A stretch of DNA of 62,298 nucleotides, the filler included, from Sluysia triapertura (lineage: Eukaryota): NCBI GenBank assembly GCA_046118255.1. It is 5 parts of 5 records of this genome, joined end to end, with 100 filler letters (N's around TTAATTAATTAA, not from the genome) between each part and the next. Parts side by side here need not be neighbours in the genome. Positions count along the whole stretch, not along the records: positions 23,440 to 35,486 come from JBJNIA010144943.1; positions 35,587 to 46,953 come from JBJNIA010185513.1; 3 more parts are not named here. One strand, given 5' to 3'. Below the pieces are notes generated by a model that did not search any database, was not told the origin of the DNA, and saw only the letters and a program-made list of their open reading frames with translations. Positions 28,555-42,252 of the stretch are shown in pieces; the first letter of the stretch is position 1, and each line of letters begins with the position of its first letter. A program made the position numbers and the translations under genes.

Positions 28555-31500
28555 ACTAACTTGCTATGTACACCAGAAAGAACAGCTAAACAGTGAACTT
28601 TGATATGTTCTTTGAGTTCAGTTGGATTTGACGAATTTTTGTGATGTGATCCGACTACCACAATAATTGTTGATACAAGAATTAATTGTTTTAACGCTTG
28701 ACCTATCATCAATATTCTACCTTCGTCCATAACGCAACACTAAATAGAAATCACATCTGATTGTTATTTTATTTTTTAAACAAAAAATAGATCTGTAAAA
28801 ATCCTTATGATAATTATTGCACAAAGAAAAAAAATAAAATAAAGAATGTTTGTCAAAGTAAAAGAAATTTGATTTGAATAAAATTTATCATCCAATGTAC
28901 ATATAAAATATAATAAAAGCTGCTCTACTTAACCTCAATACGTTTCTTCAATTCGACTTTACACTTAGTTTGGTCGCTTATGCAATATGAAGATTTCCTA
29001 CCAGGGGATTATTTAACAAACGATTTTCCATTTTTAATCATTTGACAGGCATATTTGTAACATAATAATTATGTTGCGTGTTTTATTGTAACATGGATTA
29101 AGCAAACAAATAAACATTTAAATCTCGGGAATGTTTGTGATACTAAAGTTTAAATTACAGAAAAAAATCTTGATATATCACACGAAATTCGAGCAGATAA
29201 TGATGATAAACTATCAATAAGAGCTATGTTTGGGAGTTAGAATAGCTCTAAATTATCAAAATGAGAAAGTGTTTAATTTTAATGTCTGAGAAAACTGTGT
29301 ACTTAATATCTGATTACGTTTATTTTAAATATTCGGAATAGATCTTACATTAAATTGTTTAACTTTAAAATACGACTCGTAACTTTAACTTGGTATAAGT
29401 CATTTTATATCGCGGTTGAGGTGAAAGTGAAGTTTTAGTAATTAAAATATATTTAATTCTAAACTTTGTACATTCGGGGCATATTTTCCACAACTTAATA
29501 GTAATTCTATGAAACGAGAGACTTTTCGGATGAATAAATCCCCAGTTGGGAAAATTGTTTTAATAAATATTTTTTCTTAGTTTCTAAATTTTTTCCGATA
29601 AACTAATTTTTTAAAAAATTTCGAAAAGTATTCAAGAAAAACCATTTTGTTTGAGATAAATTGTTCAAATATATTTCAATCTGATAAAAGTTAGTTCTCA
29701 ATTTTTCAATTTATTTTACAAATTTTTTAAAGGATTAATGAATATGGCAAGAAATTGAGGATGATCTCTATATGATGCATATATTTGTGAGAAATTGAAA
29801 AGGAAAACTTAGCTCAGTCTTATTCCACATCAAACGAACCAATACAATACCAATTGAATATATCTCATATCCAACCTGAAGCTTATTGAACGTAAAATCA
29901 ATCCAGATAAGCATTTCAATAAAAATTTTATCAGTGGCTGGTTCCTCAGGTACCAAAAGCAATTTGACATTAAATTCAAAAATTCAAAACTCACCAGATA
30001 AAGAAAAGGCAAAAAACTTCAATGCCGCGAAGAAAAGCAGTTTTGTGGCTACTTTTATTAAGCCACTCATAATAGGACAGTCGAATTCACCAAGAGTATT
30101 AAAATAAGTGTATCTGAAAGCTATCGACATCGAATATGATACTTAGGCAAGAAGTGAAAAGTATGTAAAGTATATAATGGAAAACTAAAATAATAATATT
30201 GTAAATAAATAAAATGTAAATAAAATAAAAATGAAAAACTCATTTCAAATTTAGCCTAATCTTCATTTCCAATTTAAATTAATTCCTATATAAAATTTAA
30301 ATTAATTATTTTACTTAAATAATTAAAACTTAATTAAAAAAAGTAATTACTTAATGATAATACAAAAATTTTAAAAGAAAATAAAAGTTGTTAATTATCT
30401 AATGGATTTTAAAGAAAAGTAATTAATGCTAATGGATTGAAGAAAGAAGAAATATTTACTTAATGGATTTTCAATTAAATAAGTAATTAGACAAAATAAT
30501 TTAATGGAAAAAAGTAATTACAAACGCATTTCATGGAATAATAATCTATTCAAAAAAGTAAGTACTACAGTTATATACAAGTATACAACCTTGCCAAATG
30601 GATATAAATAGAGGGACATTTTAGCCGACTAATCAATTATCTATTCCGAAAAGGTATTATTTTAAGTAGCTGAATTTCGAAAAGGTATTCAATCCGAAGA
30701 AAAAAAAGGTATTTACTTGTAAAATTAATTAACTTAATTGATTAACTCTTAACGATATTTGATAATATTGATTAATTCGGTTTTTTCCTTTTTATTAGAA
30801 CAATATTTGATAAGGTAATTACGAGCATTTTATATTTTGGTGTGCAATCTATTTTATTTAAGACATTTGTGGTGGTCAACATTTACTATTATTAAATTTT
30901 ATAAAAATCCTTTAATATTTCAACATTCATAAATTTATCTTTTCTACATACACTAAAACAATTCATCTGCCAAAGTCAATTCATATCCACAATCTTATAA
31001 CATATAAACCACGACGACACCCAAAGCCATAAATTTACATTAACAGATTCATCAAAAATATTTTACTCGACATCCATAACAATCAAACTACAACCACATT
31101 CGAAAGTATCCACCCGACACCTTCGAATCAATTCCAACATTTTAAATTCATCATTTGTTATCACATAATCCCTAACAGCACAAAAGACAATACCACTTAA
31201 AAATAGCGAGAACAAATCACATTAGCAACATTGTACAATCACCTTCTGAACATACTAAGAGTTGGACTATAATTTATCTTTTTCACTTTCACTAAACCAC
31301 ATTCGTCTCAATGTATCTTTAGGTCACAATCTCCCAATATTCAAAAATTACTTTCAGTCAAAAACATTTATCACCATCTAAAAATTCATTTAAATGCCCT
31401 ACATTTTACTGCATGGTATCAGAACTATCGTATATTGAAACGTCAATTATATATGTAAAACTAACTTAAACCAACCTTCACTTAAAGATCTTTAGTTTTA

Positions 31501-34500
31501 AATATATTTAAATATATTAAGAAATCTTAAAGGATTTAAAGAATTCAACATTTCATGCAGTTTAATAACAATAACGATAACATTGTTACTCTTGTTATTG
31601 TTGTTATTAGACTCAATTCTACCATTTTAATTCTAGATTCAAAATATTTCGAGAAAGATGAAGAAAATTAAAGACATGTCGTGTAAAAATCAGAAAGACT
31701 TTGTATTTTAAATATACAATATCGAGAACATATGACCTGAAATTTCTATATGATCATAATGAAATAAAGCCTGACAACCGTTAAAGATCACTTTAAAAAT
31801 CACTATTAATGACTGGGCATTATATAAATTTCTGAAACTTGATGATTTTAGGCTTAGCCTTCAATTCGAATCTAAGAATAACTGTATTATATTCGACGAT
31901 AATATCGATGTTTATCAAACGTTTATATAAATCCTATAGTATGTAATTCATCTCTAGAAAAAAATTATGTTAACACCACATCCTCGAAGTAAATCAGTTA
32001 TTAGTGTATTATATAATCGAGATAAAATTCATAAACTAACTGAACCTAAATGGATCCAAACGAAATCATCAGTCTTAAGCACAATGCTACGTAAAGAGAT
32101 CCTGCCTTACGACGTAATATTATTTTTTGTTCATTCATTCTTTTATTTTAATTTAGAAATTCAATCTCAGACAAGACTTCATGACATGCACACGAGAAAA
32201 GCATCAAAATTAAAACCTTTTGTTATATTAATGTATAATAAAATTATATTTATTAAACTCTTTATTTTCTTATAAAATTTTGATTATAAAACGTAATAAG
32301 AATTTTAAAAGTAAGTTATGAAAGAATTTGAATTTTGTAATTTAAATAAAATTTACAGTAAAGTTGAATCAAAAGTTAAAAACATCTATCCACAATTTTG
32401 TGTTATATATTTTGTTTAAATTCGGCGTTTTCAACTGAAGAAAGGTATTTAGAGTTTAGACAATCTAATTTTTGCACTTCCATTGTTCTATCTACGACTA
32501 GTAAACAAACAACTCCAGAAAAAATTTAAATCACACAAGACAAAAATAAAGAATATTAAAATTAAAATCAATTAGTTAAAATTAATATTATAAACAAAGT
32601 TTATAACGGAAACGGAAAATAATGAAATTATTTATTTTAAAAAAAACCTAAATAATTTAAATATTGTTTGTAATCATAAAGGAAATATAGTATATATAGG
32701 TAAGTTTTAAAATTTATACTTAAACAGTTGAAATAAATATAAATTTTCAATTACAAATTTAAAGGATTATTTAATTTAAAGATATTGACATTAAAATAAT
32801 CGAACGACCAGTTACATTACTAAATTGCATTAGTCTTAATATTTAAGTAACGTACCCTTACTTAAAATATTTAGTTCTTTGCTAATGAACTAGTTTCGAA
32901 TAATAAATCTTCCACGGTCACATTAATTAATTTGTTCTAATTTCGATAGTTTCAATTTAACTAGATTGTACTTTTCAAAAAGCCATTTTAATCAAGCCAT
33001 TAAAATATATCATTGCAGTCTTATTTTAAATAAGGACTTAAAATATTTAATAAATACACTACAAATTGTAATAGATGAGTAGATTAAGTAAAAATATTAA
33101 GACAAATTAAAAGACCTCATTGATCTTTGCAATTAAAAGATCATAGGCAAGCCTTTAACTGAGTAAGTCATATACTATAGGCGAACTCTTTATATTTTTA
33201 AAATCACTTTATGTTAGGTTTTTAGAGGAAACCACAGAAAATTATCTTTTGAAAATTATCTTCTTTAAATAAATGAAAGAAAAATAGCCCCATTAATGGT
33301 CATTGCAATTTATTTTGTTAAACATTTTAACACTGACAATCTTATTTCTAAGAAGCACTTCCTTGATACTGCCATGCGATCAGAAAATAATCAAAGCATT
33401 CAAAATCATTTTAATAAATGGATGTTGAGAAGAAATGTCCACGATAAAAGTAATGTAGATGAAGTGATAAAAAAATATTGTTCAAAATGGCTTGGGATGA
33501 AATTACTCAATCTCTAACGCGAAACTGATTCGAAAAGCCCTGGAAGCTGCAGTTGATGATAGTGGAAAGCAAAAAAAACATAAGGAAAACAAAAAATATC
33601 TGGTTGAGCATGATATAATGGATAATGCAATTTCACTATCCATAGGTTACGATACTAATAATGATAGACTATATTTTACGACGGAAATGGTACAATAGTA
33701 CATTCTTACACAGACATAGTACAGGCAACTTATTTATATCCTTGCAGTTCGCATTAAAATCCTAATAGCACGTCTTCCACGTTGATATAAACCGTGTATA
33801 TTAGATGGACTCGATTTTCAGTTTCTCTTTGTAAGTGTAAGTTTTTAGCTTTCCTAATAAAGCACTTGCAATAATAACTCTCATGACTTATCTTTGGTTT
33901 TAATTATTCTGAAGTCTTTTTTCACATTTTTATACTAAGTCTTTGAACCTCAATTTTTGAGGAAAACCTCGAAATTAGTCAAAATTTTATCCATTTTGAG
34001 GTCTCACTATACTTAACGCACATAATCTTTATTTATATATTTAATTTTAGTATTTACTCATCACTCAAAATCAATCAACCTGTTTCAAATCGGGTAGTAT
34101 TGTTAAAAGAAAATAGGCAAATATCCAATCTATTGTTTACGTTTCTATTTTCGTCTTATCTAATTTCTGTAATTAAAATAACTTTATCGCAAGTTTTAAT
34201 TAGGTTATCAAATCTAATTAAAACTTCTCATTTTGATTAAGTTTTACTTAAGCGTTTCAAATTTTTATAGACTATTAATGTATCACATCATATTTTGCAC
34301 GATTAATTTTAATAGTAATGAAAATCTACGCAGCACAGATATTATCAGATAGCCTTCGATCAGAATAAAATGAATGGTCATTAATAATAATAATAACTAT
34401 TATTATTTAATTATTACAAATAAGACATAATCAGGTATTTAATTTTCAGCTGCAGCAACGTTATTTGTATATATAAAATTGTAAATTTTGATGAAATATT

Positions 34501-35063
34501 ATCTGTATAACTAAACCTAACCTCTGGAAATGTATTTTCTCGTTCCCAATCCAACAAATTTAAATAGCCATTGCATAACAAAACACTAGGTGTTATTTGA
34601 TTGTTAGTTGGTGTATTTATTTGAAGTTTCACATAAGTTTTGTACAGCCATTCTTTAGTATAAGCCAAGCCGTCCATGTTTAATTCTGAATTTGTGATAA
34701 AATTTGTTGAATAAACAATATCGATAGAATAACACATATTTATAACTATTTTCCTAAATATACACTATGCGGTTTTTAACATTATACATTGTTTACATTT
34801 CAAAAATTAACCTAACAAGGAAAGAAAAGATCAAATGAAATTGCACTGCATTATTATGTTATTTTACAATTTTTAGTCATAACATAGATTTTAATATTTC
34901 ATATATAGTTATGCATTTACACTTACTTGATTTTGCTTCCAAAAATTCTTGAAATTTTTTCTTTTCGTAAGTCACTGATTGCTGTTGTATATAAGGCCTG
35001 ATTTGTGATATTGTAAAATTAGCCATATCCATTTTCATTAGATCCAAAACTCGAAATATTTCT
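24859..35063 (-). CDS. TCP11: T-complex protein 11 family protein (TCP11/TCP11L-like), 3' five exons; the 5' exons are cut off by the gap
   Basis: Phase-consistent GT-AG exons: 34927-35063 ([42 protein letters not shown], strong TCP11 signature), 34522-34685 ([10 protein letters not shown]...[16 protein letters not shown]), 28561-28739 (CCVMDEGRI...), 27765-27928 ([13 protein letters not shown]...NPINKLL) and 24859-25208 (SRIRDF...[17 protein letters not shown]...stop TAG). Confidence 0.9.
27360..27625 (+). mobile_element. Tc1/mariner transposase fragment in a TCP11 intron
   Basis: FMQDGARSH and RSPDINP.D motifs; heavily decayed. Confidence 0.6.
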
Positions 35064-35486
35064 CTAAATGTAAATGCAATAAGTATAATTTATTAATGGA
35101 TTAAGCCAAATTTATTATTTTTCTGGATTAAGAGATTAATTAATTTTAATTCTAAATTAAAATTTTCGAAAATTTTTATAAATACTGTTTACTCAAATTA
35201 CATCTTGGAATCACTATGCAAAGCACTCAAAATACACTTAATTTTGTTTTATTTTGACTTTATAAAGTAACATCGATCAATTTTACACACATTCCGATAT
35301 TATGAATGACAAAATTTTAAGTAAACATCGTATTGAAACCATAATTATGAAGCAAATTCACATAATAACACAAAGTAATTAATTTGCGATTAAATTTTTA
35401 CCTCATAATAAATTAACCCCTTAACGCGCGTTTTTTATTAAAGAAAAAGGTTATAAATAATCGTTTTTTTTTATTTCACATAATTA

Positions 35487-35586
35487 NNNNNNNNNNNNNN
35501 NNNNNNNNNNNNNNNNNNNNNNNNNNNNNNTTAATTAATTAANNNNNNNNNNNNNNNNNNNNNNNNNNNNNNNNNNNNNNNNNNNN
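35487..35586. other. Artificial contig linker
   Basis: N44-TTAATTAATTAA-N44. Confidence 0.97.

Positions 35587-35661
<75 letters not shown>
35587..35661. repeat. (GTA)n microsatellite
   Basis: Directly visible. Confidence 0.95.
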
Positions 35662-38329
35662 AATTGTGTTATCATTCTACATGAATAAAATTTCTACAAG
35701 TTTTGGATCAGTATTTTTATCTATTATTTTACTTTCATCAAAATTTCTTTTGAGAAAGTAGTTATTTTCCAACATTTTATAACTATGTTTTCATACACTT
35801 ATATTTATACTCTTTTGATTATTAGTTTCATAGTATCCTTGAAAAATGTTGAATTTTATCACAAAATGGTCTTTTAATTAATTTATTAATCAATTACATA
35901 ATTCGATTCTCAGCACTGGATATATCATTCGAAGCATATTGTTTAATATCACTTTTTAGTGTTTGTGTAGCACGACTATTAGTAATTAGATATTTTTCTG
36001 GAATAATACTTCGGGACAGGATTTCTTCGGTTAATTGATAATAATTTTGTGATAATTTTCTAACTTCTTCATCTTTATGATTTAAATGAGAGCGAGATTC
36101 GTTTAATTCTTCTCGGTCTTCAACTCTAAGAACTAATTCTTTGTTAACAAGCTGTTCATGTTGAAGATTAGTTGATAAATCCATATTTTAACTTTTACAA
36201 AATCTTCTTGTAATTCAGCCAACCGTGATTTAAGCTGCTTATTTTGGCTCATGTCTCTACTAAGAGTAGTTTTATCACTTTGGATTTGATTCAGTAAAGT
36301 GCTGTAGTATGTCCTAGATGATTCTAGTTAATCATTTCGTTCTGATAAATATTCGTTTTTATCATGTAAATCTTCATTCATTTTTGACAGCCTATCATTA
36401 TTAAATTTAGTGTATTTCAATTTATCTGATAATTCTTGAACTTGTGATTCATATTGATTTAATTGGTTTTTAAGTTTATCTTTCATTCTTCAAAAATGGA
36501 ATCTCTTCTTCGTTATCTGGATTTTCATGAAATTCCAATTCTTGATTTTTAATTCCACGCGGTCAACCTTCGTAGTTTGTAGTTGATGTTGTAAATTAGT
36601 AATTTTTGTTCCACCTTGCCATTGCAGCCAGGTGATTTCCTTCAGTATTGAATTTACACTTACACCAGATTTCATAATTCGACTTCTAAAAAGTCTCCAA
36701 TCAATAATGCCACACTGCTTGAACAAGATAATAATTTTGCCTCTATTCGATCAATATCGTGTATGAAAGATATAACCTTTTTCTTGTAATATAGAACAGC
36801 GCATGTGGAACATTTAACGAAAATTTTGTAAGTAGCGCATAAATCTAAATTGAATAAGACCACTAATGTTTAAACTGCATTATGAACTTCGGGATATATA
36901 CCATTTTTTAGTATTACATTATACTTAGAATTCATGATTGAGTTAACCAATCTTTCAAACGGTTGTTAGAATAACACCGATATATAATCTAATTTGAGAA
37001 TCCGAAAAGTAATAAAATATAGATAGAAGATTGAAAAAGAATAAACATGCAAACAAAAGTGCAAACATATATACATAATTACGTATAGACATACATACAA
37101 GCAAAAGGGAAGAAAAAATAAGATGGTTGTACTAATAATAAAACTATAATGATAAAAAGTGTAAAAATAAAGTTTATGTTGAATCGTTACATAATTTAAC
37201 ATGATAATGTTGATGGAGTTACGATGATATGAGATTACTATGAAAATTATTATTGTGATAAAGATTATGATAACAATAAATATAACTAATGATAATTATG
37301 TACAATGACTATGTTTGTTTTTTGAATGAGTCAAGTAGTTTATTTAGTGTTTTGTTTATGTAAGAAATATTCATATGTGATAAAGTCTGTTTGTAATTTT
37401 GATGTGAAGTTTTATTTATGAATGACTTCAATTCAGTAAAAGAAATCATATATTACATTACAAATAAAAACCTAATAGTTTTAATGATTTTTGTCAATCC
37501 TTTATAGCCAAAGAATGTATTAATTTTGGAACTATTATTCATGAAATATTAATTGATAAATCAAACTCTAACTCGGCGTTATTGTTAATAAAGTTTACGT
37601 CTATCGAAATGACATTGGTCAAATGAGGTGAAAGGTATTCTTTAAACAAATAAGAATAAATGCTGTAGTTTTGATTTCTTGTAATAAATTTAATAATTAT
37701 TAATACATTTAAATTATAATGAATATTATTATTATTATTGTCATTATTAATATAATAATAATAATAATAATAATTATCATTATCATTATTATCATAATTA
37801 TTTAACATTATTTCAGCTAATTGTGAATATATAAATCATTCAATATTGTCGTTGTTACTTCAGTCACTTTCAGTAACATATGTCTTGTACAATGCTATTA
37901 GGAACTGAATCGATATATCGAGTTAAAAATAAATAAATTGTTTATTTTGAACATTTTGGTCATTTATTTACCTAAAATTAATTTAATTCAATTAATTAAT
38001 TAGTACATTTACCTTTTTATAATGTATAAAAATTAAATGTTAAAATAAAATAAAAATTTAATTAATTATTTAATTAAACATTCTTTAATTGATCTTATTA
38101 TTATGAATTGAAAATTAAATAAGTAATTTTATTGATAATTCGTGTTGAACCACAAACATAAATAAAAATTACACATCAAAAACGACAAATGTAATTTCTC
38201 CTTTTATGTCATTTTATGTTATTTTCGCTACTATTCATTTCCTTCTGCGAATAGTAGTTTTTTGAATGACTCTTGTTGCGCGATCTTATTGATTTTGTTC
38301 TGACGTCATTGTTTGACTTTTGTTCAGCG

Positions 38330-38704
38330 TCCGCTTCTGGACCCTCGTTCTTAAAAATGCAGCGAAGTACTTAAAATTTAAACATCTTCGACAATGGCTT
38401 GATGAAACATTTCTTGGACGTTGGATTGGACACCGAGGACCAATCAATGGCCTGCTAGATCCCGGAACTGAAACCGTCTGCTTCTTTTCCATGAGACGTT
38501 CTAAAGAACGCAGTTTATGCTAAATTGATCAACTAAACCAAAGTATTCAGCAAGAAATTTCAGAGTAAACATGTCGTGCTTATATTGAAGTTCATGATGG
38601 ACATTTCGAACATTAGTAAATACTAAATATAACTATTAAATTTGTAATTTTTGACATCTAATTTTTATTTAAGTTTGCGTTTAGTTTACTTTTGGAACAT
38701 CCTG
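38330..38704 (+). mobile_element. Tc1/mariner 3' remnant
   Basis: RQWLDETFLGRWIGHRGP, WPARS and GHFEH motifs; terminal TTACTTTTGGAACATCCTG|TA. Confidence 0.8.
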
Positions 38705-39183
38705 TATTTGAAAAAACATGTCATTTTCAGTTTTTCATCCACAAAAATTCGATTAGTTTGGTTAGTTAAAAAGCATAAACATTTAAAAAGAAATAAAAAA
38801 TTATTTTCCATAAAATAAATCACATAAATTACATTAATTACATTAAAAAACAAAACAAATCAAAAACTATAACATTACTTATTTAATTTTCGATATGATT
38901 ATCAACATTTTATCGAATTTTTTGGTAGGTAAAATTTTGTTCGCGCTCCTTAGCACTCAAGCAGTTAATTAGATAAGTTAGTTTTTGTATTTCCACTTTA
39001 TGAAAGATGATTAACGCATACTTTTTTGAAAAAAACAGGCAAAAAATGAAAATCGAACTGCACATCGAGAAGATGCTGGGTTCGATTCCCAGTCAGTCCA
39101 TTTTATGAAGTCTAACATATCGAATACTCTTCTGATGTTTTACAAGATGTTTGAGGTCAAACAAAATTGAATTGGGTGAGATA

Positions 39184-40062
39184 TGTTGGGATACAGGACT
39201 AAACTTCCAAGAATAATAACATTATAATTGACTATAATAAAACTAAAATTGTTAGACGGTACTGATAACTCATCGATTCTTGTTGGCCTTTCATGATCAA
39301 GGCACGCAACAACATCCTTAAATTAAATTTCTCGCCACATAACCTTTGCCTTTACCAACCTTTATCTTGCCGCTGGTTTGGGTTTCAGAAAGAATCTATT
39401 TCTCACACTCGCGTCGGCCGAACTGTGAGACACAATAAACTTCTTGAATGCCTGGTTGAGATTCTTTCTCGTAAGGATTCTCAAACGCCGATTAATGGGG
39501 AAACTCGGTGACCAGATATTCAGGCCCGGGCACTAATTCGATACAACTTTTCTTATTGATATTAAATCTCCAATTGATATCTATGAGAACTCTAAATCTT
39601 TAACTTGTCAATGTGCTCAGCTTCTTTTAATATTTATAAGGACTAACTAATTTATTTCTTCTTGCATGTTTGAAATTTTCCTATAATTTTTTTCATTTCT
39701 ATTTCTTCTTCTCTATCGTCTGTTCATGTTCTGGTTCTCCTTTCACTTTTCTCTTTCTTCTCCTTCCTCACTAATCATTTCCTCATTTCAAATATTTTTC
39801 TCTCTTCACAAACTGGCAGGCGTCGTGTCACATTAGTCCAATCCAGAGCAATTTAGACTATTCCAACCAATTCGACCAAGATCCAGTGGCATTAACTTTA
39901 AATTTTATAAGTTATCATTGCCTTTATCTTTGACTAATTATACTTTTTTTTATACTTTATACCTTGTGTTAAAAATATAAGTTTGAAATTCAAGTTGATC
40001 GAACTGCGCAGCGAGAGATACCGGGTTCGATTCGCAGTCATTCCATTTTATGAAGTCTAACA
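39184..40062 (+). repeat. TG...CA-bounded dispersed repeat (solo-LTR-like), copy 1; a partial third copy of its 3' end lies at about 39052-39118
   Basis: Begins TGTTGGG and ends GAAGTCTAACA. Aligns by eye with the reverse complement of 41393-41950. Confidence 0.7.
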
Positions 40063-40383
40063 ATATTAGGCCGTGTATAATATTTAATTCATACTTAGAT
40101 TTTGATCCTTGAATTAATCAAAGTAACCTTACAGAATATAAACGACATAAAAATGATACAGACACTTTTATCAACTCAACAACGGTGCCAATTTTATCTG
40201 ATACATTCAGCAACCTTTTTAACAAGCACTTATAATTAGCAAACTTGTATCTTGGAGTTTTTATTTAAATAATTTTTTCATTAGGCATGTCGCCTATTTA
40301 AAATATATGAATTTTATCTGCGAGTCATGCTTTTAAGAAAATTATTTCTAATGCATTTGGCTATTATTATAAAATTAATATTG

Positions 40384-40431
<48 letters not shown>

Positions 40432-40685
40432 ATTATAACCATCATAATTATTATATATATCATCATTATAATTTTATTACTTTGACATGAGAAAAAATGT
40501 TTTAAGAAAGAACATTTAAACTTATTAAAAAGTAGCTCAATTATCGATTAATTATTAAATTTATGTCTTTGTTTATAATTTTGTAACGTTTTCTATATCT
40601 ATTTATTGTATTTTGAACAATGTAATGTTAGAAAATTACATTTAGCTATTTAAAATATTAACACATTAATATTATCATAATAAAG

Positions 40686-40745
<60 letters not shown>

Positions 40746-41392
40746 TACTATTATATCAACAATAAAGATAATAATAGTAAAAATGATAATAGTAAACAAA
40801 TTGTCCCTATTTAATGTCGATATAATTAAGAAAAACAAAATAAATAAGAGATAAATGATTATTTGATTTAAATTTTGAGAATGAAAGCATATGATATTGA
40901 TATATGTATATTTATTTTCATATTTATTAATTTATAATGTTCAATGCATTGAGTTTTTATTTGTATTTACTTATATTGTTTTAATTAATAAACAATAATA
41001 ATAATAAGTATATTTCATATATAAATTATAATTACAATAAAGAGCGATAGTAATTTCAAATAAACTTCTCAAATTTTTCCTGATATTAAAAAGAAAACAA
41101 AACCACAATACGAGAAACTCATTCTAATGATCTGATAACCGAAGTGATATTTAGTAAAAACATAAAAAAATGTAAGATCTTTCTTCGAAGTCACTGAATA
41201 TCTAATAAAAATTATTAACTTGATTGGTTTTTAAGAAATCAAAATTCTTAACCAATCAAAATCATTAATTTTCTTAGTTTATAAAAAAACAACAGAAAAA
41301 CATTTATTAGAAGTTAAGAAATAATATTTTAAGCTTGCTTTTATAATTTTTTGAAAAATATAAATTCATCTTGATTCATTTTTTGATAAAAA

Positions 41393-41950
41393 TGTTAGAC
41401 TTCATAAAATGGACTGACAGGAAATCGAAATTGGGCCCTCTCACTGTGCAGTTCGATGAAATGAATTGAAAAATTTTATTTTTAACACATGGGATCAAAA
41501 CAATGTTAATTTGTAAAATTCAAAGTTAATACCACTGAATCTTGGTTGAATTGCTCTGTATAGTGATAGACTGGACCATTATGACGTGACGGCTTCCAGT
41601 TTGTGGAGAAATAAAAATATTTGAAATGAGGAAATGATTGGTGAGGAGGGAGAAGAAAGAGAGTTGAAAATGAGAAGTGAAAGAAGAACCAGAACAAGAA
41701 CAGACGGTAGAGAAGAAGAAATAGAAATAAAATAATTTGTAAGAAAACTTTCAAACATTCAAGAGGAAATAAATTAGTTAGTCAGAAAACTGGATGGTGT
41801 GGTCCTTATAAATATCAAAAGAAGACTCTAGGGAAAGCTGAGCACACTGACGAGCTACAGTCTTAAATTCAGCCCCGTCTAACAATTTTAGATTACTAAA
41901 GTCAATTACACTATCATTATTCTAGGGCACTTTAGGCCTGTAGCCCAACA
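41393..41950 (-). repeat. TG...CA-bounded dispersed repeat, copy 2 (inverted, lacks an internal segment)
   Basis: Reverse complement matches 39184-39265 and 39605-40062. AAAA occurs on both flanks. Confidence 0.7.
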
Positions 41951-42209
41951 AAAAGGTAAAATTTTGATTATTTATGGCATGATGTGATATTTTCGTAAAC
42001 ACTTTTATTGTAAATACTTCATAACTTTTATTGATTATTGACAATTTGTTTATGTAAAATGAATTTTAGTGTGGCCTGAAGATGCAATATTAAAAATGTT
42101 TGAACTTCCATCGCTACCAATAGAAATGAGTTTAGAATTTAAATTATTATAGTAAAATGAGTCGAATGATTATGATATAATAATAATAATAATAATTATA
42201 ATAATAATG

Positions 42210-42252
<43 letters not shown>

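Noticed and set aside
29768-30107. Overlapping ORFs on both strands inside a TCP11 intron
   Set aside because: No recognisable motif and not needed for the TCP11 reading frame.
30330-30530. Degenerate AAAAGTAATTA..TAATGGA tandem units as a CRISPR-like array
   Set aside because: Low-complexity, irregular minisatellite in a eukaryotic intron with no unique spacers or cas genes.
33296-33790. Protein-like tract (possible Mutator-type transposase relic)
   Set aside because: Only a weak LSIGYD resemblance; cannot be assigned.
36966-37808. Hydrophobic and low-complexity ORFs
   Set aside because: Translations of simple repeats and AT-rich noncoding DNA; the same applies to 40650-40838 and similar short ORFs.
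39052-39118. tRNA gene (GGTTCGATTCC B-box)
   Set aside because: No A-box/D-arm or acceptor stem can be built, and the motif is the end of a larger repeat.
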